DNA of 64,000 nt from Schmidtea polychroa (GCA_044892525.1 CM097885.1:20772001-20836000); one strand, 5' to 3'. Shown: positions 14,218-23,810, counted from the stretch's first letter. The notes: generated from the sequence alone by a model not told the origin. Program-made: numbers and translations.

Positions 14218-14851
14218 CTAACATTTCCATTCCATATCGGAATCAGAATCATCTTCTAATTCATCCCGCATAGGGGCATCTCCAATATCAGTGGGGGCAT
14301 CAGAGTCATCAACTGCATTTGCAATAAATGTGGAGGCATCAGATTCATTGACGACATTTCCAATATCAGTGGGGGCATCAGAATCATCAACTGCATTTGC
14401 AATAAATGTGGATGCATCAGATTCATTGACGACATTTCCAATATCTGTGGGGGCATCATCGACGATATTATTAACTACTCCTTCATTTGTAACTACATTT
14501 GTTTCATTATCTGAAGGTTCTTCTTAAATATATTTAATAAATAAAATAAAACTTACCACTGTCATCACTAATAATGATTTCTTCATCATCGGTTATAATA
14601 ATAAGTTCATTATCTTCCATAAGATTAATTTCATCTAAATATTAATAATTTAATAAATAAATAAATAATTTAATTTACCATCATCATCGTCACTAATAAT
14701 AATTGGGGCATCGTCCATATTATTTTCTGCTTCGGTAACTTCGTACCATAAATTAGCTAAATGTGAATAAAATAATAATAAATAAAAGAAAAAAAAATTT
14801 ACCGTTTTCTCCAGCCAAAATTGCTCTTAAAATATTATTTTGATTATTCAT
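14218..14851 (-). CDS. Spliced 169-aa acidic protein with several SIM-like motifs; exons 14851-14803, 14756-14679, 14634-14557, 14522-14218
   Basis: Three phase-1 GT-AG introns (46, 44, 34 bp) give an open frame MNNQNNILRAILAGENANLWYEV...PIIISDDDDDEINLMEDNELIIITDDEEIIISDDSEE...DSDMEWKC*. Confidence 0.85.
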
Positions 14852-15279
14852 TTTGAAATTGTTGATAATTGTTTTGTTTGCAAATTTGTAAATAAATATT
14901 TTTTAAAAGTGACAAATTTGGAATTTGTGAATGTTTATAAAGAAAATGAAAATTCCCTGTCCCAGCCAATCAGAATTTAGACACACACATATATAAACTA
15001 AATATTTTACTCTCTTGACCAATCACATTGCGTCTACACATGCCTTCTTATTTTTCATGTGACTGTCTTTATTAGTCACGACTTTGTTAAGATGCACTGT
15101 GCATGCTCCAGGCATGTGATGTCTTTATGACAAAAATAATAATAATATTTTTCAAAATAATAATAAATTTAAATAAAAATACTAATTTTTAATCAAATAA
15201 TAATATTAATAATATTATTATTAATAATAATAATAACAATAATAACAATATTAATAATAATACTAATAATAATAATAAT

Positions 15280-15372
<93 letters not shown>

Positions 15373-15410
15373 TTGAAATAAAAGATAAATAAAGCAAATA
15401 ATTGCAAGAA

Positions 15411-15458
<48 letters not shown>

Positions 15459-15613
15459 TATAATAATAAGAACAACAAAGGATACAATATACATTTATTA
15501 AACATCAAATTTTTTATACAACAAATTTTTTATACAACAATTTTTTATACAACAATTTTTTATACAATAATAATAATAATAATAAGAACAGCAAAGGATA
15601 CAATATACATTTA

Positions 15614-15998
15614 TTAACCATCAAATATTTTATACAACAACCAAGCTAAACAATGTTGACCACATGTTTGGGTCAATCGATTTTGAAACATAGTTTTATT
15701 ATACATAATAGGTTTCCCCATTGTTTGCAGTTTTGATATCAATAAAGCCGGGTAATAAAAACCCATAGGATCGAATACGAATATATTACTAGGTTTCACA
15801 CATATAGCTATCCAATGTTCTCCACCAAGATGAGACGATTGAGTATTGATGATTATGGCTTGATTATTTCTCAAATATGGAATTTTATCGAGAGGAAAAA
15901 CTCCTACAAATTCATTTCCCAATATCTGTTTTCCAATTCGATTAACCTGAACAGAACTACTTTAATAAATTAAATAGTATCAAAAAAACTTACTCCAT
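15614..15998 (-). CDS. Adenain-like cysteine protease (116 aa; 5-nt first exon, intron 15960-15993)
   Basis: ATGGA|gtaagt...attaaag|TAGT gives MDSSVQVNRIGKQILGNEFVGVFPLD; catalytic motifs GEHW, FDPMG, QTCGQHC. Confidence 0.92.
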
Positions 15999-16025
15999 GA
16001 CAACTTTCTATATTTCTGTACACAT

Positions 16026-17234
16026 TTATACCAACACAGTTCTATTTGCAGTAATTTGAACTTCATTTTCAAATACTCCATAGATTATTACATGGACTGG
16101 TTCAGAAATTGCTTTTGCAAACTTTATATCCAGTCGTAAATTTCCATTTTGGGGTAATTGACTCTGATTTAAATCAAAATTGGGGGCTAAAACAAATGTA
16201 AAAAATGGGTATTTGGTTTTAAATTCTTCTAGAGTTATTCCACAATTCGAATTTTCATCTAAATAACCCAGATTTCTAACAATACTCTGCATATATGTCG
16301 CACAGTAATTGTCATTCTCGAAATCTTGAATATATGTTTCTCTATAATCAGTATTTTTCGACAAAGTCAATGATGTACCACCAAAGTTTTTGAAAATTGA
16401 GTTGGACGCAGTATATGATCCATTATATTGTGTTTCACTTTGAAATGTTATCAGAATAAAATTAGGCAGTCTTCTATCACCAAATATTTGTTCTTTATAG
16501 AATGATGAAGCACCTTTAGCAATAGCGAATTGTACAATTTCCTTTGTTTTTAATGGATAAATTGCATGTTTTGAATTAAGACCTAATTGATGACCAGCTA
16601 ATACTGAGGGGTCTACTCGAACTCTTCTCACCAATAATTTTGCATCAACTAATTGACATATTGGTGCACCAATTTCACTAGTAAGAGATAATGCAGAATC
16701 AGACCTTTTCAGTCTAATGTGTAGTAAATATTTCGGTTGATCCATAAAATCGAGTTGTAATGATGAGCACATGGTGAAAACCTTTGAGCCTTTAACCCAC
16801 TTTTTTCTTTCATCATCTGCTGCTGCATAACCCATAGGAGTAAGGCATGTATTTTTAGTATCGGAATTGTAATTTAAAATAGTTTCTATTAATGCCTTGT
16901 GAATGAATGTATTATTTCCACCCTCAATCTTGATATTATTAAATCCCAACACTGCATCTTTAAACAGAGTATGAAACATGAAATTGTTCGGTATTACATC
17001 GGCATTGGCATCCAAAACTTTTCTATCTTTATCTACAATCTTGATCTGAACAGTCAATAAAGTATCGTTCAAATCTAAATATTCAGTTTGCGAACCATTA
17101 ATATAAAACTCTATATCATTTCTACTATCGGTAATTGAATTTATAGGAAAAGCTTCCTCAAACGCCCCAAATTCAATTACCGCTTGAGGCGATGGTCTAT
17201 CAAGTATACATAATTCAGATTTACCACAAATCAT
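16026..17234 (-). CDS. Polinton major capsid protein (double jelly-roll)
   Basis: CGKSELCIL...IEFYINGSQTEYLDLNDTLL...GNLRLDIKFAKA motifs typical of Polinton MCP. Confidence 0.88.
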   Translation of the reverse strand: MICGKSELCILDRPSPQAVIEFGAFEEAFPINSITDSRNDIEFYINGSQTEYLDLNDTLLTVQIKIVDKDRKVLDANADVIPNNFMFHTLFKDAVLGFNNIKIEGGNNTFIHKALIETILNYNSDTKNTCLTPMGYAAADDERKKWVKGSKVFTMCSSLQLDFMDQPKYLLHIRLKRSDSALSLTSEIGAPICQLVDAKLLVRRVRVDPSVLAGHQLGLNSKHAIYPLKTKEIVQFAIAKGASSFYKEQIFGDRRLPNFILITFQSETQYNGSYTASNSIFKNFGGTSLTLSKNTDYRETYIQDFENDNYCATYMQSIVRNLGYLDENSNCGITLEEFKTKYPFFTFVLAPNFDLNQSQLPQNGNLRLDIKFAKAISEPVHVIIYGVFENEVQITANRTVLV

Positions 17235-17599
17235 TTTGCAAATATAGTTCCATGTCCTTTCATTCGTTTGTTTATACGTGATATTCCATGTCTTTTACGT
17301 TTTGGAACAGGAGCTGGAGCTGGAGATTTTTCTTTTTGAAACATACCTGCAACCCCGGGTAAAACTTTCCCTAATTCAGCTAAAGCATTTGTTTTTGGAG
17401 ATGGTAATATTTTCTGTTCATTCATAATAACATCTTTTGCAGTTTTCATACCAAAACTACCAATACGTTTAAGAATAGGCAATGCAAATCTACCAATTGT
17501 TCTCAACCATCCCGATCCGTACTGTTTACCAATAAAATATGGTAATTCACCGCCAGATTGGCTACCACTATACATACTAATAATATCAGAATTCGGCAT
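17231..17599 (-). CDS. Small virion-core / membrane-active precursor (QxGxG plus amphipathic helix, basic tail)
   Basis: QSGGELPYFIGKQYGSGWLRTIGRFALPILKRIG; lies between the minor and major capsid genes. Confidence 0.7.
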   Translation of the reverse strand: MPNSDIISMYSGSQSGGELPYFIGKQYGSGWLRTIGRFALPILKRIGSFGMKTAKDVIMNEQKILPSPKTNALAELGKVLPGVAGMFQKEKSPAPAPVPKRKRHGISRINKRMKGHGTIFAK

Positions 17600-18659
17600 C
17601 TACTTTACGAAAATGTAATGTCAAATGGGTTTTTGAACCTTTTAGAAAGTTTATAAGTTTTCCACTATCATCACGAATATTTATTTCTATATTGTTTATA
17701 CATGAACTTGCTATTGGTAAATACATGGGATTATCGATATTTATATTGACAACTTCATCATGTTCATATTTTCCAATCCATACCGATTTCAAAAGAGGAA
17801 CACTGGAATCACCAACAATTATGGGTTCGATAATGTTAGTATATATGAAAATTTGTTGATGATGTTCTAGTATTCTTGGTTTGCGTATACCAGTCGATTT
17901 TTCTCGATATTTTTGCTTATATAATCCAAGTGAATTTGCAAAATTTTTATCAAATGTAACTTCGCAAATATCATCATTCAAAATGAAGGTAAACATCAAA
18001 TCTTTCACAATTTCCAAATTTTTAAATATGTGTGAACAATTGAACTTTAAATATTTAAGTAATATATCAAGTTTATCAAAATATAATTCATCAGCAAAGG
18101 TGAATGATTCTTCAACTTCATCATTATACGACACAGATATTTTGATTTCTTCTTTCACTATACTGTTTGCTTCAAATAGATTAAAACGTAATAAATACTC
18201 GGTCTCCGTAATAATATTTTTCAACTTATTGCAACCCATTCGTTTGGCATCTTCAATAGTTTCGAATGTTATTGTAAATGGTTTAAAATCACAACTGATA
18301 TTTAATCCATCCTTGTAAAACATATAGCAATGCGAATCTAAAATTTGATTCGGAATATGATATGTTTTATCATAATTACTGATAACAAAGATACCGCTAC
18401 ATGTTTTCACAATATTCCTTTTGAAATCAATCTTACATTGACTATAAAATGGGAATGTATTGTACACGAATGTAAAATCTTGCAGTGCAACTTCCCAGTC
18501 ACCATTTAAAGAAATCGGATTCTGGAGATTGACCATGAATTTACTGGCTTGATTGTCTGGATGAATTAATGGGCAACTATTGCTCGGCAAAATAGTATAA
18601 AAATTCACTTTACTAGATCTTTTGCTGATATCCATGACGGGTTTTGATAACCATGCCAT
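17586..18659 (-). CDS. Polinton minor capsid protein (penton); exact start uncertain
   Basis: FYTILPSNS...PDNQASKF..L..PISLNGDWEVAL; FIYTNIIEP..VGD..VPLL; IEINIRDDSGKLINF...LTLHFRK. Confidence 0.9.
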   Translation of the reverse strand: MAWLSKPVMDISKRSSKVNFYTILPSNSCPLIHPDNQASKFMVNLQNPISLNGDWEVALQDFTFVYNTFPFYSQCKIDFKRNIVKTCSGIFVISNYDKTYHIPNQILDSHCYMFYKDGLNISCDFKPFTITFETIEDAKRMGCNKLKNIITETEYLLRFNLFEANSIVKEEIKISVSYNDEVEESFTFADELYFDKLDILLKYLKFNCSHIFKNLEIVKDLMFTFILNDDICEVTFDKNFANSLGLYKQKYREKSTGIRKPRILEHHQQIFIYTNIIEPIIVGDSSVPLLKSVWIGKYEHDEVVNINIDNPMYLPIASSCINNIEINIRDDSGKLINFLKGSKTHLTLHFRKVDAEF

Positions 18660-19243
18660 TTGACATAGTATTGTTTATCCTTGCCGACCTTTTTAGTTTT
18701 CAATATTTTTTGAATTCTAAATACTTTTGGGGGAGGAATGACTTGTAATTCCTGCTCATAAAATTTCCCTTGTACAATATTATTACCATTATCTTTGATG
18801 ACATACATTACAGGATTCTGTTTAGTATTTATTTTTGAAATTACAAAGACTTCATCACTCCAATTTGTATCAAAATTTTTAATAAATGGTGATGCACTAA
18901 TTTTACTAATTCTAACATGGTCACCAACTTTATATTTAGGTTTTGCAATTTTTACAGAATTTTTAGAAGTCAATGATGTTTTTGATGTAATATCAACCGG
19001 TCTCAATCCATTCAGTCCTCGATGTGATGAATGATTATAACTTGTTATTATTTTCGGTAATACATTTACCCATTTTTTATTAACTTGATGCACGAACAAT
19101 TTCTTTAATCTATCTCTCAATGTTCGATTAAATCTTTCGACATGGGCAGCTTTGTATTGAGAATGTACCGAGTAGTGATTTATTTTCAGTTTATCGAGAA
19201 TTTGCTTAACTTTGCTATTGTAGAATTCTTTATCTAAAATAAT

Positions 19244-19341
<98 letters not shown>

Positions 19342-19597
19342 CTAAATCTGTTTGCAAGTTATTAGGATGTCCATCTTTAAATAAAATATTAATTACCTTG
19401 GACATTTCTTCTGCAGATTTTGCCTTGACTGGTATTGCTCGTGCAAACCTGCTGTATACATTAATACATGTTAAAATATATTTATTCCCATTGTTAATTT
19501 TCGAATAAGGTATCATCTCCATCAAATCCATTTGCCATAAATCGTCAATACCAAATGTTTTATATTTAATGTCGGGCAATGAAGGATTAGCACCCAT
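18605..19597 (-). CDS. Retroviral-type DDE integrase with C-terminal chromodomain; microsatellite-filled intron 19234-19341
   Basis: WQMDL, LQTD, HVERFNRTL, YYVKWHGY..SWI; the poly-I run is bounded by GT...AG (108 bp). Confidence 0.93.
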
Positions 19598-19600
19598 TGT

Positions 19601-20134
19601 TTATGATTGATTTCCTACAACTCCACCTAATAATGATAATACCAGAGGTATCAATGCACCAATAAATCCACCTTGTTGTTTATATATAATTTTCCTCATT
19701 TGCTTACGATTTTTATTATTTACTAATGATAACAAAGGTTTCCTATGTTTGCTCAATAAATGCTTTTTTGATTTACTGATTTTAATTTTGCCTTTGACTA
19801 CTTTAAGTATAATATTGAGTAAATCATCGACAACAAAATTTGGGAATGATTGCAATATATTCATTCTTTTCATACTCGGGGCCTTTAACAATGCATTAAA
19901 AAATGGAAAACTGCGATGATTTTTAACTACTTTTTTACCGGTTTTACGGGTTTTACGGGTTTTACGTTTAGGTTTAGGATTTTTCGAAATAAGATTCATT
20001 GCAGAGAAATTTTCAGTTACAAGTTTTTTAGATGGTGTATAACTAGTTGTTGGTGGAACTTTTGGAATTTTAATACTCTTTCTAATACTTTTTCTTAATT
20101 TCCTAATATTTGTCACCCTTGCTTTTAGAAACAT
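19601..20134 (-). CDS. Basic core-protein precursor with C-terminal GG^F hydrophobic tail
   Basis: K/R-rich (KRKTRKTRKTGKK); ends QQGGFIGALIPLVLSLLGG, resembling adenain-cleaved core precursors. Confidence 0.7.
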   Translation of the reverse strand: MFLKARVTNIRKLRKSIRKSIKIPKVPPTTSYTPSKKLVTENFSAMNLISKNPKPKRKTRKTRKTGKKVVKNHRSFPFFNALLKAPSMKRMNILQSFPNFVVDDLLNIILKVVKGKIKISKSKKHLLSKHRKPLLSLVNNKNRKQMRKIIYKQQGGFIGALIPLVLSLLGGVVGNQS

Positions 20135-20152
20135 TATTATTCATAGAGGTTT

Positions 20153-20779
20153 TCAACTTTGTTTATAAACCATGGCACCTTTTGGGTTGAAAATATCTGT
20201 TTTTACTCGTAAATCATCGGGACATTGTTGTGTGAAATCAAGAAATATATATCCATGAGGTATTTTTGTAGCGTCTTGAAATGCACTGATAAGAAAATTA
20301 CGATTGTTAGGGTATGCTTGACGTGCAAGAAAATCAATCACTGTTGCATCTCTAGGATTCTTGAAAATAACTAAATATTGTACATTTAAATTACGTGTTC
20401 GATGTGCCCCACCTTGATGAAATAGATTTTGTGTTATGAAAATAACTGTTACACCGACATGTCTGCTGATCTTTGTAAATAAATTATTAAAATCTTTTTC
20501 TTTATTAGCTTCTTGATACAAATCATCGATAATAATGACATCGCCTTTCTTTAATCGGCTGGACCAGTTTTTATCGAATCCCTTTACTATTTTCATGTTT
20601 TTTAATTTACAGAAACTTGATTGAGTTAATCCATGTTCTTCATCAGCACCCCTATGCCAATAAATCCTGTTGAATTTTGATTTGAATAAATTTGATTTTA
20701 GTAATTTACAAACAAATAATGTTTTTCCACTACCACTCGGACCAACGATTTGGTATACTGCATCATTTCTTAATTCCAT
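20153..20779 (-). CDS. A32/FtsK-like genome packaging ATPase
   Basis: Walker A GPSGSGKT, Walker B IIIDD, SRH..VTVIFITQN; likely start is MELRND at 20779. Confidence 0.93.
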   Translation of the reverse strand: MELRNDAVYQIVGPSGSGKTLFVCKLLKSNLFKSKFNRIYWHRGADEEHGLTQSSFCKLKNMKIVKGFDKNWSSRLKKGDVIIIDDLYQEANKEKDFNNLFTKISRHVGVTVIFITQNLFHQGGAHRTRNLNVQYLVIFKNPRDATVIDFLARQAYPNNRNFLISAFQDATKIPHGYIFLDFTQQCPDDLRVKTDIFNPKGAMVYKQS

Positions 20780-20882
20780 TTCAAAACTTTTATAAATATA
20801 TGTGTATTTGTTTATATTCGATGATTTAATGAACTCGTGCTCAATTTGTATATAAAGACTAATTTTCATAAATGATTTAATA

Positions 20883-21320
20883 ATGTTAGCAAATATAAAT
20901 TATCGAGGAAATTTTGATGTATCGAATATGAGGTTCCCACCAGAGAAACCCCAGCAAATTATCGATAGAAGCGGGAAATATCCGATAATATTTTTCAAGA
21001 CTGGTAAATGCAGAATCATGGGATGTAAGAAACCTTTGGATATTAATAAATTACAATATCGAATAAATAATATTACAATCCAATCAATTACCGTTACTAT
21101 GGATATGGGACATAGTATCAATCTATATAACATGTCGAAAAAATGTGATTGTATGTTTGAACCGGAATTGTTTCCGGCACTAAGACTATTAAAATATAAC
21201 CCTATATGTGTCAACGTGTTTGCTAGTGGAAAGGTTGTCATGTTGGGGTTGAGAAATTTGGAGTATAGAGAATTTGTTGATAATGTTCGAAATGAGATAA
21301 TTTCATTGGTCGATTTCTAA
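20883..21320 (+). CDS. TATA-binding protein (TBP)-like protein, 145 aa
   Basis: IFFKTGKCRIMGCK / ITIQSITVTMDMGHSINL / FEPELFPAL / VNVFASGKVVMLG align with TBP LIFASGKMVVTGAK / FKIQNIVGSCDVKFPIRL / YEPELFPGL / LLIFVSGKIVLTG. Confidence 0.9.
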   Translation: MLANINYRGNFDVSNMRFPPEKPQQIIDRSGKYPIIFFKTGKCRIMGCKKPLDINKLQYRINNITIQSITVTMDMGHSINLYNMSKKCDCMFEPELFPALRLLKYNPICVNVFASGKVVMLGLRNLEYREFVDNVRNEIISLVDF

Positions 21321-21379
21321 TTGGTTATTGATTGATTTAAACAAACGGTTTTTTGTTTAGGATTCATTTATTCAACAAA

Positions 21380-21789
21380 ATGTACAAAATACCAAGCGCA
21401 GCAAATCTAATGAAAGATATTGACGACTATGGTAAATTTAAAATTTTATTTTCACATTTTTTATATTTATTATTTTAGAAAAATATTTAGAAGTAATGCT
21501 GAATAGGATAAAATATTATTATCCTCAAATTGCAGAAATAATCAAGGATAGAGAACCAGAAATCATTCCAGATCTCATATTCTATTCCACTCAAATTAGA
21601 ATCATGGAGGTATTCCATCAATTCCTATGGGATATCAAGATTAATAGAACCATGAAACAAATGGAGCCGGAGTACCAATGTATGTTCGGATGTTCATGTT
21701 GTGCCGATCGATATCGGCGATATGTCGAATGGGAGTTAGTGAAAACTCTGAGAAGGTTTCACTACTCCCGGATTGTTGATAAATATTAA
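21380..21789 (+). CDS. Spliced 120-aa hypothetical protein with Cys cluster (intron 21432-21478)
   Basis: ATG at 21380; G|gtaaat...ttttag|AA joins in frame to ORF 21496-21789; QCMFGCSCCAD. Confidence 0.75.
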
Positions 21790-22090
21790 TAAATGTATTT
21801 TTGTTTCTATTGCGTTTTTATATTTGAAATAGTAATAATAATAGTAATAATATAAATAATAATAGTAATAATAAAATAAATAGTAATAATAATAATAGAA
21901 ATAATATAAATAGTAATAATAATAATAATATAAATAATAATAGTAATAATAATATAAATAGTAATAATAATAATAGAAATAATAGAAATAGTAATAATAA
22001 TAATAATAATAATAGAAATAATAATAGAAATAGTAATAATAAAACATTAATAATAATATGTCACATTAATAGAACATAAATGCAGCATTA

Positions 22091-22168
22091 ATGCAAATGA
22101 CATGCAAATTTAAACAAAGACATGCTATAATCTGATTGGTTGATAGGCATGAGTCAAAGGTATAAAAA
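22091..22168 (+). promoter_or_regulatory. Compact Pol II promoter: 2x octamer, AACAAAG, inverted CCAAT, AP-1, TATA
   Basis: ATGCAAAT (22091, 22102), AACAAAG, GATTGG (22134), TGAGTCA (22150), TATAAAA (22161), ATG at 22202. Confidence 0.6.
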
Positions 22169-22201
22169 CCATGTAACATTTCAATTTAATCATTATTCAC
22201 T

Positions 22202-22636
22202 ATGACCAAGAAAATTTCATGCACCGAAAAACCTAAAGAAATGGTACAACCAGTTCAAATGTTCCACAACTACAAAATGTATTTTTTGAAAGACGAAATC
22301 ATTATGAAATTGGTTGCACCAGTCAAGCTAATTCCAACTAAATTTCAATTCTTATCCGGCACGCTTTCAATGATTGATGTCAAAACTATTGATGATGTTT
22401 TTAAACGGTTAGATTCGAATCTATCGTGTAATCAACATGCATGGTTCAACAATAGATATGCAAGATTTTATGATGCTTTTGATGAAATCAGTTTCAAAGA
22501 AAATGAAAATTGGTATATAACAATTGCAATCCAGGGATATAAAGTTGATAATAATGATGTATATTCTCCTATTTGGAAAATTGTGTCTGCTAGACTTTCA
22601 CAAATATTTCACAAATATCCATGGTTGAAACTTTGA
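22202..22636 (+). CDS. Hypothetical 144-aa protein (possibly OB-fold ssDNA-binding)
   Basis: Clean ORF with upstream TATA; beta-rich aromatic C-terminal half WYITIAIQGYKV...YSPIWKIVSARL. Confidence 0.65.
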   Translation: MTKKISCTEKPKEMVQPVQMFHNYKMYFLKDEIIMKLVAPVKLIPTKFQFLSGTLSMIDVKTIDDVFKRLDSNLSCNQHAWFNNRYARFYDAFDEISFKENENWYITIAIQGYKVDNNDVYSPIWKIVSARLSQIFHKYPWLKL

Positions 22637-22674
22637 CTTGATTATCTAGAAAATAAATATTAATAAAATATAGA

Positions 22675-22986
22675 TTATAAAAGTATTACTTCTTGAGACC
22701 ACTGATAATAATGTTCCGAGTGCCATAAACCTTTTTCGATTATGATCTTCATATAAGCGAACCCTACTAGTATTCGGGTCCACTTCATCTCATCGTCACA
22801 TAGGCAGTTAAAAATCCTATGAAAATAGAATTTTTTCGTTTCCAAGCACTCGGAATTGATCATATCCTGATAATCGATATGATTTCCTTCGATTATCTTT
22901 TCGGTCCGGTCCACTAGGAAACTCAGGCTTTCCAAAATGTTCTTGTTTATAATTTCGCTTAAAAGATTTTCCATAAAATGAGACAT
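22675..22986 (-). CDS. Bcl-2-like protein (BH1-like motif), 103 aa
   Basis: FHRIFNCLCDDEMKWTRILVGFAY resembles BH1 F..V...F.DG..NWGRIVA.F.F. Confidence 0.6.
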   Translation of the reverse strand: MSHFMENLLSEIINKNILESLSFLVDRTEKIIEGNHIDYQDMINSECLETKKFYFHRIFNCLCDDEMKWTRILVGFAYMKIIIEKGLWHSEHYYQWSQEVILL

Positions 22987-23091
22987 TTCTACAATAATTT
23001 AAAATATGATGTTTTATTTATACTAATACCGTATGATTTTGATTGGTTGATAGACTATAAATGTAAAAGAAAGGCTTTGATTTGATACACA

Positions 23092-23502
23092 ATGAAAACT
23101 ATATTCATATTGCTAATTGTTATAACGAGTGTGTGCTCACACAATGCAACAATAACAGTGGAGTCTTTTAATAAATCGATATGTGTTTGTCCGAATACAG
23201 CCAAGTTGATGGATATTTTATATATTCTCGATAAACCAAAATGGTCAAAGCATCCAGGAAAAAGAATATCTCAAAGATTGGAGAATTTAGAAAACAGTTA
23301 TGAACTATCATTTGAATATATACAAAATATAAAAATTACATTGATTGATCATATTAAAGTTTTCAATAACTCTATTGTTGAAAATAAAAAGAATATGAAA
23401 ATTATTGATAAGAAGCATGATTATTTGTTAAAAAAGATTGAATTATTATTAAGAGAAATTCAAACAATCAAAGGATCAATAGAATATCTGAAAATCAATT
23501 GA
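23092..23502 (+). CDS. Secreted coiled-coil protein, 136 aa; 3' part lies inside the right TIR
   Basis: Signal-peptide-like MKTIFILLIVITSVCS; heptad-like C-terminus; upstream GATTGG and TATAAA. Confidence 0.7.
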   Translation: MKTIFILLIVITSVCSHNATITVESFNKSICVCPNTAKLMDILYILDKPKWSKHPGKRISQRLENLENSYELSFEYIQNIKITLIDHIKVFNNSIVENKKNMKIIDKKHDYLLKKIELLLREIQTIKGSIEYLKIN

Positions 23503-23717
23503 ACGTTACTAATTTCAAACAATAATGCTGCGAATAATAGTTCATCAATATTTAGTTTACCTTTGTTAATTTTACATTATTTTATTGTTTAAATAAATGT
23601 ATGTTTGTTGATTTGTTGATTTGCGAGTTGTTGAGCGTGAGCAGTACCCTTGTGAGCATTACCCATAGAGGGAACAAAATATTTTGTCGGATAGACTCGG
23701 AGTATATAGATTATTAC

Positions 23718-23810
<93 letters not shown>

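Noticed and set aside
14256..14527. Track ORFs 14256-14459 (-) and 14291-14527 (+)
   Set aside because: Alternative frames of the 78-bp repeat in the spliced acidic gene
17881..21241. Antisense ORFs over penton, integrase, core and TBP-like genes (also 12131, 58953, 58981, 63553)
   Set aside because: Shadow frames of well-supported genes
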